A DNA stretch of 63,465 nt, the filler included, from Octopus bimaculoides (taxonomy: Eukaryota): assembly GCF_001194135.2 (NCBI RefSeq). It is 5 parts of 5 records of this genome, joined end to end, with 100 filler letters (N's around TTAATTAATTAA, not from the genome) between each part and the next. Parts side by side here need not be neighbours in the genome. Positions count along the whole stretch, not along the records: positions 61,813 to 63,465 come from NC_068991.1; 4 more parts are not named here. One strand, given 5' to 3'. Positions 62,120-63,465 of the stretch are shown piece by piece. Below the pieces are notes generated by a model that was not told the DNA's origin, searched no databases, and saw only the letters and a program-made list of their open reading frames with translations. Every line of letters begins with the position of its first letter. Position 1 is the first letter of the stretch. The position numbers were made by a program, and so were the translations under genes.

Positions 62120-62609
62120 GTAAAACTGGTACTTAATGAGTGAGTTTCATTTTCTCAGTGAGTTGAGGACAGACCTTCTACGTGACAACGCCTCGCTCCT
62201 CAACGAAGCACTCTTTACCTCGATGTCTTCGATGGTGATAGCTACTTGCTTCTCTGGCAGGCATCAAGGAAGCCCTTAACCTTCCAATACCAAACTACAA
62301 CTCAATCAGCGGCTGCTAGGCTGAATGACAGGATTCGTATAACCAAGCATCATCAAAAATAAAAACTTAATTTTATTATGTTGCTAAATTGTTCTAATGT
62401 CTCTTCATATATAATGCTGTTGAAAGGTGATAGAGAGAGACTAAAGTCTCTATGACAACTATCAAACCTTTTACACATCGATACGTCAGTGACAAACAAA
62501 CGAGAACGGTACGAGGTGGTGGTGAGATGTGCTAAAACTAACAGTTAAATTAGTCTTTAAATCACAAAAGAATTTTTTGTTTGTTTTTTTTGCATAATCG
62601 TATGAGTTC

Positions 62610-62805
62610 CCGTACTCTTTTACTTGTTTCAGTCTTTTGACTGTGGCCATGCTGGAGTACCGCCTTTAGTCGAGCAAATCGACCCCCAGGACTTATTCTT
62701 TGTAAGCCTAGTTACTTATTCTATCACTCTCTTTTGCCGAACCGCTAATTTATGGGGGGACGTAAACACACCAGCATCGGTTGTCAAGCGAAGTTGGGGC
62801 GACAA
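62610..62805 (-). mobile_element. SINE segment C with CpGs intact
   Basis: TACTTGTTTCAGTCTTTTGACTGTGGCCATGCTGGAGTACCGCC...GCCGAACCGCT...GCATCGGTTGTCAAGCG. Confidence 0.88.
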
Positions 62806-63143
62806 ATACTGGAAACATTTGTAAGTCAAGTTTACTACAATCAAGTAAAATGTAATGGCCATTATTTATGCCTTCTAGTATATCACTACCTAAGAAAACC
62901 CGTATAATTGGAGCACAAGCATGGATTTACAACATAGATTGGTGATGAATTACAATCTTGCACCTGCCACTAGAATGCGTGAAGTTATTTATTAATCTGA
63001 ACAATATAGTTAGCCTGATGTACTAGCTGAGAGCTTATAAAGTATTTTGCCCAGATTGATAATCCTTCACTAACACACCTGCTTGTTGTTCATACACCTG
63101 TCTTCATCTTTTGTTTTCCTGTAAATTTCAATAATAATAATAA

Positions 63144-63465
63144 AAATACAAGACCTACCAAAAACTGAGCAAATATAAAGATCTTGAAATAGAAATTAGC
63201 AAAATGTGGAATCTGAAGACTAAAACAATACCTATTGTCATAGGTGCCCTGGGAATGACAGCGAAACGGGCTGATTACTTCCTAGCTCAAATACCAGGAA
63301 ACCCCAAAATGGCTGAAGTTCAAAAGATAGTGCTCATGGGAACTGCCCATATCCTACGTAAAATACTGTCTATGTGATCTCAAATTTTAAAACAAACACA
63401 TAATTTTCTTATGGTTTCATAAACATTCTCTAGAACAACACTATGTACAAATCGAAATATATGGT
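63144..63465 (+). mobile_element. 5'-truncated R4/Dong-type (RLE) non-LTR retrotransposon, ORF C-terminus and 3' UTR
   Basis: KTYQKLSKYKDLEIEISKMWNLKTKTIPIVIGALG...VQKIVLMGTAHILRKILSM* (stop 63375-77), directly after (AAT)4. Confidence 0.85.

Overview
AT-rich, microsatellite-laden animal genomic DNA. The SINE repertoire and repeat style point to an octopus (inference, not directly shown). The window is not one contiguous molecule. Four identical 100-nt artificial linkers (N44-TTAATTAATTAA-N44) join five scaffold pieces: 1-19923, 20024-47762, 47863-52791, 52892-61712 and 61813-63465. No complete, recognisable host protein-coding gene is present, and most listed ORFs are microsatellite, gap or antisense-TE artefacts. 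Supported content is mainly transposable elements: a near-full-length decayed Tx1-type LINE, a Gypsy LTR element lacking gag/protease, many Tc1/mariner relics (including a palindromic left-end/left-end derivative and an inverted twin pair), RTE, CR1 and R4/Dong LINE fragments, and several tRNA-derived SINE families. The most interesting signals are: a complete minimal hammerhead ribozyme motif inside a tRNA-headed SINE-like element (54244-54289, minus); an HDV-like ribozyme fold in an orphan RTE-type 5' UTR (13608-13716); a SINE/CR1 shared 3' tail whose hairpin keeps pairing despite sequence change; a CpG-decay footprint confined to the central scaffold; and a housekeeping-type promoter (62030-62119) that may drive an unrecognised minus-strand multi-exon gene. 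Family names and homologies come from recognition by eye, not database searches.
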